From Octopus vulgaris (taxonomy: Eukaryota): a DNA stretch of 64,000 bases. The notes beneath the pieces were generated by a model, which was not told where the DNA came from, made no database searches, and worked only from the letters and a program-made list of their open reading frames with translations. The stretch is from the NCBI GenBank assembly GCA_951406725.2, contig OX597832.1:61132001-61196000 (forward strand), given 5' to 3'. The stretch's first letter is position 1, and each line of letters begins with the position of its first letter. Positions 12,952 through 26,805 of this stretch are shown here, piece after piece. A program made the position numbers and the translations under genes.

Positions 12952-13782
12952 CAGTTTTAATATAAATTATTTCTATAAATATATTGATGTTTGTTATATG
13001 ATGCGATATTAATTGTACGATACAGAAAAAAAAAATCGTACATGAAATTAATAGTGGCGTTCAATACATATGAACTACAAGAGTTTGAAATGTGATTGAT
13101 CAGCCAGTTCCTTTCTAGAGTTATATATGTGTGCGTGTATATGTGTTTATATATAATTAGGAAAAACTATAAAATAGAATTAGATGATCAATGAAAACAT
13201 TTCAGACAGTCACACACACACACACGTACCCCACCACACACACACACACATACGTATATACACTAGCGATAGTCAAGTTAACAGATAGCAAAATTTGTCG
13301 TAATTAACCCACGATATTACCTCAACACACTGCGGTAATTATTCATCGAAGCACATTAATAAATTAATTTCCAAGCAGATAGCTACGAGAGTTCTCGGTA
13401 AAATTGCAGTTTTTAGAGTGTTATGATGTGTTCTGATTAGATTTGTTGTTCGATTTAGTTTCGACTTCTGCAGTCTTATAACTTCAACTCGTTTCTTTTG
13501 CTCTGCGCTGACAATATGTCATTGATTCCTGCCTGTTATTTGTCAAGAGGTATCATTTTTATATAGAGCATAAATGAAGAATTTTCAATGATGAGTTCCA
13601 AGCGACTAATTCGAAATTAATTTGACATCGCAACGATGAAAGGTAAAATTGGCCTCACCAAGATCTGGAACCAAAACGTGTAGAAACATAACAAAAATAC
13701 TGCATACCACTTTGTCCGTTCTTTTATAAAATTTGCTATTCACTGCGCTTCCGCAATAAAAGGTATTTGAAAAAGATATTTT

Positions 13783-14188
13783 GCAGGAGTGGCTGTGTGG
13801 TAAGTAGCTTGCTTACCAACCACGTAGTTCCGGGTTCAGTCCCACTGTGTGGCACCTTGGGCAAGTGTCTTCTACTATAGCCTCGGGCCGACCAAAGCCT
13901 TGTGAGTGGATTTGGTTGGCGGAAACTGAAAGAATCCTGTCGTATATATGTATATGTGTTTATATGTTTATGTGTCTGTGTTTGTCCCACCCAACATCGC
14001 TTGAAAACCGATGGTGGTGTGTTTACGCCCCCGTAACTTAGAGGTTCGGAAAAAGTGACCGATAGAATAAGTACTAGTCTTACAAAGAATAAGTCCTAGG
14101 GTCGATGTGCTCGACTAAAGGTGGTACTCCAGCATGGCCGCAGTCAAATGACTGAAACAAGTAAAAGAGAGTAAAAGAGTAAAAGAGA
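13783..14188 (+). mobile_element. SINE family B, full length (tRNA head, CORE-like GGCACCTTGGGCAAG, internal TA/TG tract)
   Basis: A box TGGCTGTGTGG, B box GGGTTCAGTCCC, repeated 3' tail GTAAAAGA; many copies in the window. Confidence 0.9.
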
Positions 14189-14199
14189 ATACATAAGGG

Positions 14200-14525
14200 T
14201 TTCTGGCGGAAAATAATTCAAATATATAGGGAATTCTCTGTAGCACGGAGATCAGTGAGTCTCTCCAAGTCGAGATGCTATTTCTTTGCATTGGGAGGTC
14301 ACAGTTCAGGTACTTACGGAAGCAATGAAAATGTCACAAACAAGAATCGCAGGACGGTTTCCTCAAACTGGGCCAACTGGCAGGAGATCTAGGGGTGGAT
14401 CAAGAACGTGATGGTTGGTCACGCTTGGGAATCCATCTGGTTGTTTCTGATTGGAACCTTTGGAGAAACTGCTCGAGGTCTATGCCCTCACGACCCTGTG
14501 ACCTGTGAAAATGGATGACTGGAAG
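14200..14525 (+). pseudogene. RTE-clade LINE ORF C-terminal fragment
   Basis: EISESLQVEMLFLCIGRSQFRY and MSQTRIAG...PTGRRSRGGSRT*WL resemble RTE motifs (RSQLRWFGH, GKRPRGRPRTRW). Confidence 0.6.
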
Positions 14526-14827
14526 AAAACGTTTACTCATAGAAAATACTCGCGAAAATAACAATTCCAAGTATAAATACAGAAAACTACAGCAAAAGAG
14601 TGTCACGCAGAGAGATTGAACACACGACTGTGTGGTTGGAAGGGAAACAAACACACACATACACATACACGCACGCACACAGGCGCGCGCACACACATAC
14701 ACAACGAGCATCTTTGAGTTGTCGTCCACCAAATTCACCCACAAAGCATCAATCGGCCCAAGACTAATGCCTCTCCCAAGGTGCTACGCAGTGAGATTGA
14801 ACCAAGGACTGTGTGCCTGGAAAGGAA

Positions 14828-14885
<58 letters not shown>

Positions 14886-15464
14886 TTATCCCAGCATAAT
14901 CCCTCCATATCCGCTTCTGATTTCCCTGTTTTCTTTCTCCTGCTTATTATATTTATACTAACATCTGTATAACTATTTCATGAATGCTTTCATGCAATTA
15001 ACCACCCGTCCATCTTTTATTTAAATGGAATCTATACAATATAAACAGAGAAAAAAGCGACTTTGGGATTGTCAAAACTGTTGCGGCCCACTCATATACG
15101 CGAGCAGAATAAAAGAGGAGATTTCGTTTATTTTTTTATTGCTATAACATCATAAATTACATAAAAAAAGAGTTATTTGTGATGTTATAATAACGAAAAG
15201 AGAAACTAAACCCCTGGTTTTATTCTGCTCTCAGATATCTATATTTGAATAATCTTCAGAGTGTGTAATGCCAAAAGGAAAATAGAAAGACAAATTCTAC
15301 TTAATACTTGATTAGAATTTGGATATATATATATAATTTTAAGTATTAGTTTATCATTATGCTATCTCAGTCAAAATAGCAATCTCTCTCTCTCGCTCTC
15401 CCCATCTCTCTCTTTCTCTAAATATAGTATTATTGGACGGTCAGGAAGGAAGGGAAGAAGGAGG

Positions 15465-15499
15465 GTTTTACGTTTCGAGCGGAGCTCTTCGTCAGAAAC
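15465..15499 (-). ncRNA. Minimal type I hammerhead ribozyme motif with intact core
   Basis: Minus strand GUUU-CUGACGA-A-GAGC-UCC-GCUC-GAAAC-GUA-AAAC; lies in a ~150-bp repeat (15425-15575) with a second copy at 57248-57410. Confidence 0.75.
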
Positions 15500-15584
15500 A
15501 TAGGAGAAGGAAAGATCCAGAGAAGGGAAGACAGAGGAAAAAAAATTGCCAACGGTATACACGCGGTTATATACCTATATAGGA

Positions 15585-15755
<171 letters not shown>

Positions 15756-15974
15756 TGATACTTCTCTTTCCATTCCATCTCGCTGCTTTGCAGCTTATAT
15801 TCCCTAGATGCAATTTTGTAGCTAAAGGCTAAATATGTTGGCCCACCCCTCCACTTCATTAGCCACCTTTCAATTTCAGGATACGTTTACCAAAATGATG
15901 CGGTTTGAAAATTGTATGCACCAATTCCATATGAAATTAAAATGCTCCAATTCTATATGAAATGTTGAAAAAAT

Positions 15975-16185
15975 TTTGGCACAAAGCCACTAATTTTGGC
16001 GGGTGGGGATTAGTTGATGTCATCGACCCCAGTACTCGACTGTTACTTTAATTTATCGACCCTGAAGGGATAAAAGGGCAAAGTCGACCTCGGTCATATC
16101 TGGGCTCACAATGTCAAAAGCCGGAAGAAATGCCACTCAGCTTTTACTCCGGCGCTCTACCTATTTTAAATAGATCGCCGCTTTA
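15975..16185 (-). mobile_element. Degenerate SINE family A
   Basis: Diverged central domain and head. Confidence 0.7.
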
Positions 16186-16325
16186 ATAATAATGACTTAC
16201 GCTAGCTTAATATTACTGCTACTACAGTTGATAATAATTATGAATAAATAAAATGAAAATAAACAAAGCTTCATCACGATTGTGTTTGAATTTATATATC
16301 ATCATCATCATCATCACCATCATCA

Positions 16326-16378
<53 letters not shown>

Positions 16379-16467
16379 GATTGACCTGCTGACATTTCTC
16401 GGTAGTCATTTTCTATTATTGCGAATAATTGATGAAATTTAGGTAATTCAACATTAAGGTCAATCTC

Positions 16468-16505
<38 letters not shown>

Positions 16506-16575
16506 CAAAAATAGAAAATTAAGTTAAAAAATATCAAGATGATAATTTACATTTCTATATAAGCAAACTAATATG

Positions 16576-16625
<50 letters not shown>

Positions 16626-16695
16626 TTTATAAACATACATTGTTTCATGTATATATATAAAATGATGCACAGCAAATGTTCGCGTGCATACACGC

Positions 16696-16750
<55 letters not shown>

Positions 16751-17008
16751 CATATATGCAAGCACACTGGCACACACTAGCATATATACATGCAACCATG
16801 CATGCATGAATGTATATATGTATATATGCCTGCATGCTTTCGTACACACACACACACACACAAACGATTATATAGATAGATGGCTAAATTCGTATATAAT
16901 TATATTCACACAGATACTTACGCACAGGCAGCTATACGTATAATTACTGATTTAAACATACATACCTACATCTGTACTAACTTACATACATACAAACGCA
17001 CGCACATT

Positions 17009-17062
<54 letters not shown>

Positions 17063-17348
17063 AATAAAGTAATTATGCATACACCCACACACGTATGTAT
17101 ATATATATATATATATATAGGTATGTAAATATATATATATGTACCTAAGTGCACATACATACATGACGACCATACAATCCACTTGCGTACTTACAGACAC
17201 GTATATATATATTCTATACATATGTCTCTCTCTCTCACTCTCTCTCTATATATATATGTATATGTGTGTGTGTGTATATATATGCGAATATATATGTATA
17301 TATATATGTGTGTGTGTATATATACATATATACATACACACATATATA

Positions 17349-17398
<50 letters not shown>

Positions 17399-17619
17399 TA
17401 TCATGGAATTTACTAAGCGATATATCTCCAAAACATATTTTTACAATTAGATGTGATTGCTAGGTTAATTGATTTGCTTCTCATTTTATTTTATGAATTC
17501 CATTCTCAAATGTATAACCAGCCATTAATTTTTAATTACTGTTTTTAAATTAGTCAAATCTCACCGGTTTACATATGATATATATATACATATATAGTGT
17601 ATACTATACATATACATAC

Positions 17620-17728
<109 letters not shown>

Positions 17729-17752
17729 TGTATGTATGTATGTATGTATGTC

Positions 17753-17785
<33 letters not shown>

Positions 17786-18067
17786 GCCTATATATATATA
17801 TATATATATGTATATGAGTTTCTCTCTGTATATATAACGTATATGGATATCTATATGTCTGTGTGCGTGTGTGTGTGTGTGTGTATGGAAGGATGGACGG
17901 GTGGGTGTATGTTTGTATAGAAATATTTGTCGTTTCACACTGGTGTGATTTGCAATTAAGTGAAAAAAAAAAGAAATATTCAATAATGTTATTGAAAATA
18001 AAATAATATTATTGAAAATTTCATGTGAATCGCACGCACGCACGCAGTCTTTTCACATACACGCTCT

Positions 18068-18134
<67 letters not shown>

Positions 18135-18136
<2 letters not shown>

Positions 18137-18442
18137 TTTTATTCTATTTGTTTCAGTCATTTCACTGCGACCATGCTGGAGCACCGCTTTTAGTCGAAAA
18201 AAATCGGCCCCAGAACTTATTCTGTGTAAGCCTACTACGTATTCTGTCGGACCCTTTTGCCGAACCGCTAAGTTACGGGGACGTAAACACACCAGCATCG
18301 ATTGTCAAGCGATAGTGGTGAAACATACACACACACAAACATACATATACGACGGGCTTGTTTCAGTTTCCGTCTACCAAATCCACTTACAAGGCTTTGG
18401 TTGGCCCGAGGCAATAGTAGAAGACACTTGCCCAAGGTGCCA
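18135..18442 (-). mobile_element. SINE family B, head missing
   Basis: Reverse complement of the family B body. Confidence 0.85.
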
Positions 18443-18819
18443 GTATATATATACTATTTAATATACACAGTATATAGTTATGAACTACTAACAGTTTCAT
18501 AACTTGGAAATATGTTTTTAGCTTTAATCGCATGCCTAGTGTCTCCAAGCGATCTTCAGGCCTTTCGCGCATGATTCCCGGTGAGAAATATATATTTTTT
18601 AACGTACACAGAAAATATCAATAGTTATGCGCTACAAATAGTTTCATGCATTCGAGATGTAACTTGCAAAGGCCATGTGCGCAGAACCTGAAAATTGTTG
18701 GGAAGCACTAAACGCGTTATAGACACCTGCGTAGAAAATATCTCCACTGTATGAAACTATTAGTCGCTCATAATATATACTGTGTACACTAAACAATATG
18801 TATCTCTCATCGGATGGAG

Positions 18820-19210
18820 TAGGGTGCGATGGATAAATTATCACCATTTCATATTTTTAATTTCGCGCATTCACATTGTTTGTTTTTGATTTTGTCGACT
18901 ACTGATGATAGTAGGTTCTGTTTGGGCCCTTTCTATGAGAAAAACAACATCATGACACAATTGACTCTGCCAGAAATCTGGAAACGACATGCTGTACTGC
19001 TTGGCATTCACTCTGGAAGCTCCAATACGAATATTTCAGAGTGTTTGGGTGTCGATCTGAGGGCAGCGCATGTATCGAGAGGGATAAAAATCAAACATTC
19101 AGTCAACATCATTGTGTTTGGAGTGGTCACTAGTGATAGCGATATTATGCCTCCATTCTTCTTCTCACACTGCCTCAAACTCAGCACGGAGGCTTAGATC
19201 AAGTGGCTGG
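18820..19210 (+). pseudogene. Internally deleted mariner-superfamily (DD37D/maT-like) transposase remnant
   Basis: HTH start MTQLTLPEIWKRHAVLLGIHSGSSNTNISECLGV fused to the catalytic-region motif KHSVNIIVFGVVTSDSDIMPPFFF. Confidence 0.7.
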
Positions 19211-19920
19211 GGGTAGAAATGTCCAAGATCCTGGATGATTCGACATGGCGAAGGACCGATGTGTGGATGCCTTCGGGATCGGTATGGTGGAAAATCCGAA
19301 ACTTGTATTTTTTCTTTTAGAAGCAACTCACAAAAAAGTTAGCACGCCTCCCCAATCACGAAGCGTCTGCCATAACAAAAACTTTCGGAGTCCGAATAAT
19401 GCCAGCCAGAATTAACTATTGAGGACTCATCGGGTGACGCTGAAGAGGAGGTGGTTGACGTAGATAGACGCGACGACAAACGCGACGTGAACCGTAAATT
19501 CAACGAAGTTGGCGTACATGGACATGATGAGCCTGGTGTGGACGTTGGCGTAGCTGGATTTGCCGTTGAACGTGAAACTGATGCAGCTGGACACGAAGAC
19601 CAATGCAACGACCGTATATACAACGAAACTGGTGTAGCTGGAAGCGACTGTACATTCCGTGAAGGACCAGAAGAATTTGTTGAACGTCTACGAATTTGAG
19701 AGGAAGTCACAGTGAAAATGGTGGTGTAACCGTTACTTTTATACTATTATGGTGATGAACTGTTGAACTGAGTTAGAAATATTTACATGAAGCGTCTAAC
19801 AAACCTTGAAATTTGCACGGCGGCCTCTGTTATCGATTCCGTGAGTGATAAAGGATATATATATCAACCGGTACACAAACAGGTACAAAACCACAGCAGA
19901 TAGGACTGCATATATTTTCG

Positions 19921-20168
19921 ATCGACCCCGAAAGGAAGATAGGTAAAGTCGACCTCGGCGGAATTTGAACTCAGAACGTAGCGTAGCCGTATTTCGTCTG
20001 CCGTTACGTTCTGAGTTCAAATTCCGCCGAGGTCGACTTTACCTTTCATCCTTGCGGGGTCGAGAAATTAGGTACCAGTTACGCACTGGGGTCGATGTAA
20101 TCGACTCAATCCGTTTGTCTGTCCTTATTTGTCTCCTGTTTTTAGCCCCTTGTGGGTAGTAAAGAAAT
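19921..20168 (+). mobile_element. SINE family A with an inverted duplicated 5' segment
   Basis: 11-bp TSD ATATATTTTCG at 19910-20 and 20169-79; 19921-19980 is the reverse complement of about 20005-20065. Confidence 0.88.
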
Positions 20169-20270
20169 ATATATTTTCGTCATCTGATTCAAAGCGAGTA
20201 CACGGCGCCCGTAAATTGACGTCAACCGACGTCATAGGGTTAATTTGTTTTGCGTGGCCGATGTAAAATA

Positions 20271-20482
20271 GGGATCTTGTTAAATTTCTCGCAACCTCTT
20301 GAAGTATTTCAAATTTTCACTTGATTATTTTCAATACTATGTAGGTTTGCATACTGATGACAAAAACCACATTCAATTTTTTCTAGAAATTGATAATAAA
20401 ATAGTTACATCAGTGTAAAATATTTGGAAAAATTTGAAAATTTGAAATCCTTGAAGTGGTTGGAAGAAATCTAACACGACCC
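20271..20482. mobile_element. MITE with ~55-bp imperfect TIRs
   Basis: GGGATCTTGTTAAATTTCTCGCAACC...TTTCAAATTTTCA and TGAAAATTTGAAA...GGTTGGAAGAAATCTAACACGACCC; TAAAATA on both flanks. Confidence 0.7.
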
Positions 20483-20629
20483 TAAAATAATAATCACCAT
20501 AAAAATGTAGTGTACCTTCTGTGGTCAGCTATCATAGGTAAGACAATCCTTACTTGATTAAATTAATTTTGAATTTCACCTAAAAGAGTAAAGAAGCAGG
20601 TGTACAGAACAATTACCTTTAATATTTCT

Positions 20630-21043
20630 TATTTCTTTATTGCCCACAAGGGGCTAAACATAGATGGGACAAATAAGGACAGACAAATGGATTAAGTCGA
20701 TTACATCGACCCAGTGCGTAACTGATACTTAATCTATCGACCCCGAACGGATGAAAGGCAAAGTCGACCTCGGCGGAATTTGAACTCAGAACGTAACGGC
20801 AGACAAAATACATATTTCATTACTACCCACAAGGGGCTAAACACAGAGGGGACAAACAAGGATAGACAAATGGATTAAGCCGATTACATCGACCCCAGTG
20901 CGTAACTGGTACTTAATTTATCGACCCCGAAAGGATGAAAGGCAAAGTCGACCTTGGCGGAATTTGAACTCAGAACGTAACGGCAGACGAAATACGGCTA
21001 CGCATTTCGCCCGGCTTGCTAACGTTTCTGCCAGCTCGCCGCC
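20630..21043 (-). mobile_element. SINE family A dimer
   Basis: 11-bp TSD TTAATATTTCT at 20619-29 and 21044-54; same internal junction as 9562-9964. Confidence 0.93.
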
Positions 21044-21089
21044 TTAATATTTCTGCTTTCTGTAAGGTGATGAAATGGCAGAATCGTTA

Positions 21090-21290
21090 ACTCGCCGGAA
21101 CAGAAAAGAAGGAGGCCCAGGGTTAGATCAAAGATGAAATGATCAGATGATATCCATAGTTCCAATTGGTCACACTTGAGACTTCATTCGGAAAATATAA
21201 CGTCAGACTCAATAGGGCTCTGCCCTGTGGACTCTACTCTCACGACACTCCAAAGAATAGTGGCCAGAGAAAATTGATGGATGGATGGTT
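21090..21290 (+). pseudogene. RTE-like LINE 3' end fragment
   Basis: KRRRPRVRSKMK*SDDIHSSNWSHL followed by a GATGGATGGATGG tail. Confidence 0.45.
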
Positions 21291-21879
21291 ACATTAAATA
21301 GTGTAGTGCACGGTACGCGATGCTTTAAAAAATGCACTTGAATTATCATGGCTGGACTGAATATCTGTAATTAGCTCGATGAGTTGATAAACATTTCTGG
21401 TCATATTCATTCATCTTGTTCCTTAGAATGCACAGAGCAAGAAACTGGGACTAGCTATGAAGCGATCTGCTTCGTAAACAGCTGGTTTCGATTTCAGGCC
21501 GCTGTAGATCACCTTGGGCCATTGTCTTTTCCTAGAGACCAAAACCTGACCAAAGCTTTCTGAATGAATTAGGTAGACGCAAACGCTGTTGACACACGTC
21601 CTTATGTAGAAATCGATGTGTTCGGCACATATGGCAACAGTGATTACATGCATTTGCATTTGCCGTGTTAGTATTTTATCTGTCATTGAGGGATCTGAAA
21701 GAAATAAAACCCTTTTAATTGGTTTGAAAAGAGTAATATGCAGACAATTAAGTGTCCTCAAATACCCCTCGCACTTTCGATATCAACCTCGTCACTTACT
21801 ATCTGTCTGTTTAACTGCTTCTCACACATACTCTGTCCTCTCGCAGGCACTCGCGCTCTCGCTCGCACACACACATACA

Positions 21880-21946
<67 letters not shown>

Positions 21947-22150
21947 GCACATGCACACATTCCCACACACACTCTCTCTCTCTCTTTCTCATTCACGTAT
22001 ATGAATCACTGAGTTACTCCGATTGCCATAAAGCAAGATCCGCATTAAATATTATTGAAGGCAAAAGAAAAAATTCCAACTCACAATATGTAAATATACT
22101 AATTTGATGCTGACAACAACAACAACAACAACAACAATAATAATAATAAC

Positions 22151-22199
<49 letters not shown>

Positions 22200-22559
22200 G
22201 ACAACATCAACTACAGCTACTGCAGCAATTTCAATGGCAACAGCAAGAAACAATAACATCAGGAGATGGTATAATTCAAAGAAAGGCGAACCAAGTGCTA
22301 AATGGTATTGGTATTTTTGTGCTTTCAGTCTGTGTCCTGACGGCTGATGGTCACGTGATGTCAGCTGCGTCCCGCAGCGTTCTCATGATTTATACATGAA
22401 TGATGCTATCTTTAAAATGGTGGTGGCGATGGTTGTGGTGGTCGTGGTGGTTGAGGCTGAACGACGGCCAAACTGGACAGATTGCCTATGTTTGGAAGCG
22501 ACATCAACACGCAGCTTTGATATCGCCGCAATTAAGTCGAAAATATTAATGAATTCGCC

Positions 22560-23242
22560 CTGACACCGCCACCACCGCTACCGCCAGCACCACCAAACCA
22601 GCAGCAGCAGCATCATCATCACCACTAGAGCATCAGACCACCGCCACCACAAGACAACTACCACTACCACCACCCCATCAACCACCACCCTATCAACACC
22701 ACCACCACCACCATCAGCAGCACAAAACCATCACCACCACCTCCACCACCACCACCACTGCAAGACGACCACCGTCACCACCAGACCACCAGACTACTAC
22801 CACCACTGTTAGCACAAAACTACCACCACAATCACTGCTAGACCACCAGACGATCGCCACCACAAGACCACAATACTACCACCAGCACCACCACCACCAT
22901 CGCCACCCCATCAACCACCACCCTATCAACACCACCACCAGCACCAACATCACAACAAAACCACCACCACCACCACCACAATCACCACAAGACCAACATC
23001 ACCACCACCTCCGCTTCCACTACCGCTCCCTTACAATACAGACGGCACCGTTTTCCTTGGTCAGTCTTCATGATTATCGCCAGAAGTAGCACCACCACCA
23101 CCACAAACATTATCACCCATACCATCTACTAAACACCAACGCCATCAAAGCAACGACAATAATAATGGGGACGCCATCATCACAGCTGGTGCCGCGGTCA
23201 ATGTTGGTGTCACAGACATAAACACCAACACCCAGCAGCCAT

Positions 23243-23308
<66 letters not shown>

Positions 23309-23470
23309 CACCACCACCACCACCACCACCACCACTATTACAACTGATGATGATGATGATGATGTGGTTGATGATGGGGATGATGACGATGCAGTGATGA
23401 CGAATACGATGATGATGATGGTGGTGGTGTAGGTGGTGGTGGCGGTTGTGGTGGTGGTAGTGATGACGAT
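22560..23470. repeat. ACC/ACT/GAT-rich degenerate trinucleotide low-complexity tract
   Basis: Direct reading. Confidence 0.85.
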
Positions 23471-24978
23471 TTCTAAATTGAGCACAATGCCATTCATTTT
23501 TTTGGAAATGGATGTTGGCCAGCTCATCTGCCAGTCCATGTATGGCAGTTGTTGGATCCTTTCAATCTGGTAGCCAAGTCAATTAATTATTTTCCTTTAA
23601 CGAAACGCTTTCAAACTTCGGATATTGGTAGAATGTGTCATACAGAACATTTTTTACTCTTAGCGTTGTTGTCAAAAGTTTCTATCTTACAAATAATTAA
23701 TTAATCGACTCGTCTACCAGATTGAAAATTATCCAGTTGTTTTATCGAATCCTCACCTCTTAGTGGTACCCGTCGGGATTTGAACTCAGAAGTTAAACGG
23801 CTGTAAGTTTTAAATGTCACAATGCATTTATTTCATTGTGCGAACCATTCTACCATCCACACATATACATTGGTTTCTGAAATTGGTTATGGTCGGATAT
23901 ATCGATTACATCTATTCCAATACTTAACTGGATGTACGTATTTTATCGATTTATCAAAGATGAAAGGCACAGTGGATTTTTACCGGGATTTGAACTTACG
24001 TTATGGATGTTTGGTTATGTATAGAAAAAAAACCTAACTAGATACCACAAAACAAGTTTTGTTCGTCGACACTCCACCGATTTCAGACAGTGGATTGGCC
24101 AGCCGAATCGTTAGAGCACTGGATAAAATGAAAATGCATGCTGTATTTTAAGACAGAGCCATTTAAGTTTTGAGTTCAAATCACACGAAGGTCAAACCTT
24201 ACCTTTCATCCTCGCTGGGTTGATATAAACAAACGTACCAGAGAAGTACTGGTGCCATTTCAATATTCCATTCTACAAAGCATCCTAAGATGTGAATAGA
24301 ATTATGTAATAATAGAAAACCAAAAGTAAGAACCTGACACTTGATAATAATAATAATAATAATAATGATAATAATAACAATAATAATAGTTATAATAGTA
24401 ATAATAGTAATAATAATAGTAATAATAATGGCTTTACTTTCTAAGAGCGATCGTGTTACCTCGCCATCTTAGGAGTGAAAGCAATCCTAATAGCGCAAGG
24501 GTAAGAGGTGAGGATATTTGTGTCCAGAAAATGATGCGTTTGAGGTTAAGGGTTTCGTGTTCATAGAGATGAACATAGACGTATAAAACGTAGAGAGAGA
24601 GTGGAGAACATTTAAGATCAAAGACGACCAGTACAGAAAGGAAATATATAAACTCATACAATACCAATCTCTTACTTCGTTCCATTCATCTATGTAACTG
24701 TCCGCCTGTCCGTCTGTCTGTCTGTCTATGCTTTTGCGAACGTGTCTGTATGTATATCTATCCCTTAATATTCGTCTATGTGTGCATGCATCTATTGCAT
24801 ATATCTATGTATCTGTCTGTCTTTACTTCTATATATGTATGTGCATATGCATCTATCAATCTCTAATTTATCTGTGTGAGTGTGTGTGTGTGTGTGTGTA
24901 TGTATGTATATACTTGTATCTATGGATCTATCTATTTAATTGTCTTTCTGTCTTTTCATCTATTTATTCATCTCTCTA

Positions 24979-25050
<72 letters not shown>

Positions 25051-25086
25051 TTTATCTGGCGGTCGGTCTTTCTCTCTCTCTCTCTG

Positions 25087-25180
<94 letters not shown>

Positions 25181-25588
25181 CATGTCTGTCTGTCACCCTG
25201 TCTGTTTATCTATCCACCTACATATCTCTCTCTGTGTATCTATCTTTCTATCTACCTGCTCCCTCTATCTCTTCCTCACTCAGTCTCCTCGTTCTTATTT
25301 ATATATCAAAGCAAAACCACCATCAACAGAATAAGAACTAAAAGCCGTGAAATAGACCGAAATATTTATTTATTTACTTATTTACTAAGGTGACACCGAC
25401 ATCGAAGTTTTGGCAAAGTAGGCTTTTTCAAACTCTACTTGAAAAAGCTTTGTCTTCCCGTCAGTGAGATCGAATCGAAACCAGGAACCACCAGAATTTT
25501 TAAACCGAACTTCTTAACCAGATAGCTACTGTTTATTTTTTCATAACTCAGAGGAAAATCAAATCGATCTCACTGAAACACATACATC

Positions 25589-25635
<47 letters not shown>

Positions 25636-25754
25636 CCAAAGAGACGCACACACATATTTAGACACACCTGACTTGAACCGAGCGACAAAAAGAACTTGCT
25701 TTTGTCGCCCCCAAAATGATAAGCTTGCCTCGGCGGTATTTGAACTCTGAGCAC

Positions 25755-26030
25755 CGGGTATCACTACAAAAATCGCCTTTTCGACCAGTTTCTCGATGAC
25801 AAGCGCCAACCTCTCGGCTAACGCCTTGGCCCAAATCTTCAAGTCTGCGTTGAGCAGAGTGATGGGCCTGAAGTTATCTATGACGTTCTCCTTGTTTGGA
25901 TCTTTTTTAAGCAGTATCACCGCTTCTCGCTTTACAAAGACGCGGATACTCCCGTTTTGCTGCCAGTTGTAGTAGAGAGCTGCCAAGACGCCCCCCAGAC
26001 AAGTCTGACATATGACAATAGAGTTCGTAG
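25755..26030 (-). pseudogene. L1/Tx1-clade LINE ORF2 reverse-transcriptase N-terminal fragment
   Basis: VILLKKDPNKENVIDNFRPITLLNADLKIWAKALAERLALVIEKLV matches the ITLIPK...YRPISLLNxDxKILAKxLANRL motif. Confidence 0.9.
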
Positions 26031-26089
26031 GGCAGTCCGTCCAAGCCTGGCGACTTGTCTCCCGCGCGGCCTGCCATTACACCCCGTAC

Positions 26090-26408
26090 TGATCATGGGA
26101 TTGCACTTTGAAAGTTATCCTCCCAGGCACAAGTCCGGGCAAGGTTGTTTGTTGAAGACCAGCAGTCGCCCATGCATACCAGCCTCCCCTCTCCACGCCA
26201 CTAGTGTTATCCAAGGGAAAGGCAAAGGGGCCGATACAGCTTGGCACCTGTGACGTTGCAACTCATTTCTACTGATGAGTGAACTGGAGCAACGTGAAAT
26301 AAAGTGTCTTGCTCAAGAGCGCAACACGCAGCCCGGTCCGGGAATCAAACTCACAATCTCACGATCGTAAGCTCGTCGCTATAACCACTGAGCCATGTAC
26401 CTTCACTA
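26090..26408 (-). mobile_element. SINE family D (tRNA-derived head)
   Basis: Minus strand A box TGGCTCAGTGG, B box GAGTTTGATTCCC, central CTTGAGCAAGACACTTTATTTCACGTTGCTCCAGT. Confidence 0.8.
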
Positions 26409-26442
26409 CATACATACATACATACATACATACATACATACA

Positions 26443-26473
<31 letters not shown>

Positions 26474-26565
26474 TAATCAATATAGGGTAGCAAAAAATTC
26501 AATAGAAATTTTTTCGCCACCAGCGGTCTAGTGAGAAAAAGAAAATAGTCAGAGACTATATATAA

Positions 26566-26805
26566 ATTCAACAATAATTGAGGAACGGCCTCAATAGGCC
26601 ATTCGACCCACTAGAAAGAGCAGCCAGGACTCAAACCGCCAATTAGTAGTAATTCAGAAATTAAAGGAAAATTTAAAAATAGGGTAAATGTTTTTAAATT
26701 TTCCTTTAATTTCTGAATTACTTACTAATTGGCGGTTTGAGTCCTGGCTGCTCTTTCTAGTGGGTCGACTGGCCTATTGAGGCCGTTCCTCAATTATTGT
26801 TGAAT
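26566..26805. repeat. Long near-perfect inverted repeat (~114-bp arms, 11-nt spacer)
   Basis: By eye, arms 26566-26679 and 26691-26805 differ by one substitution and one indel. Confidence 0.92.
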
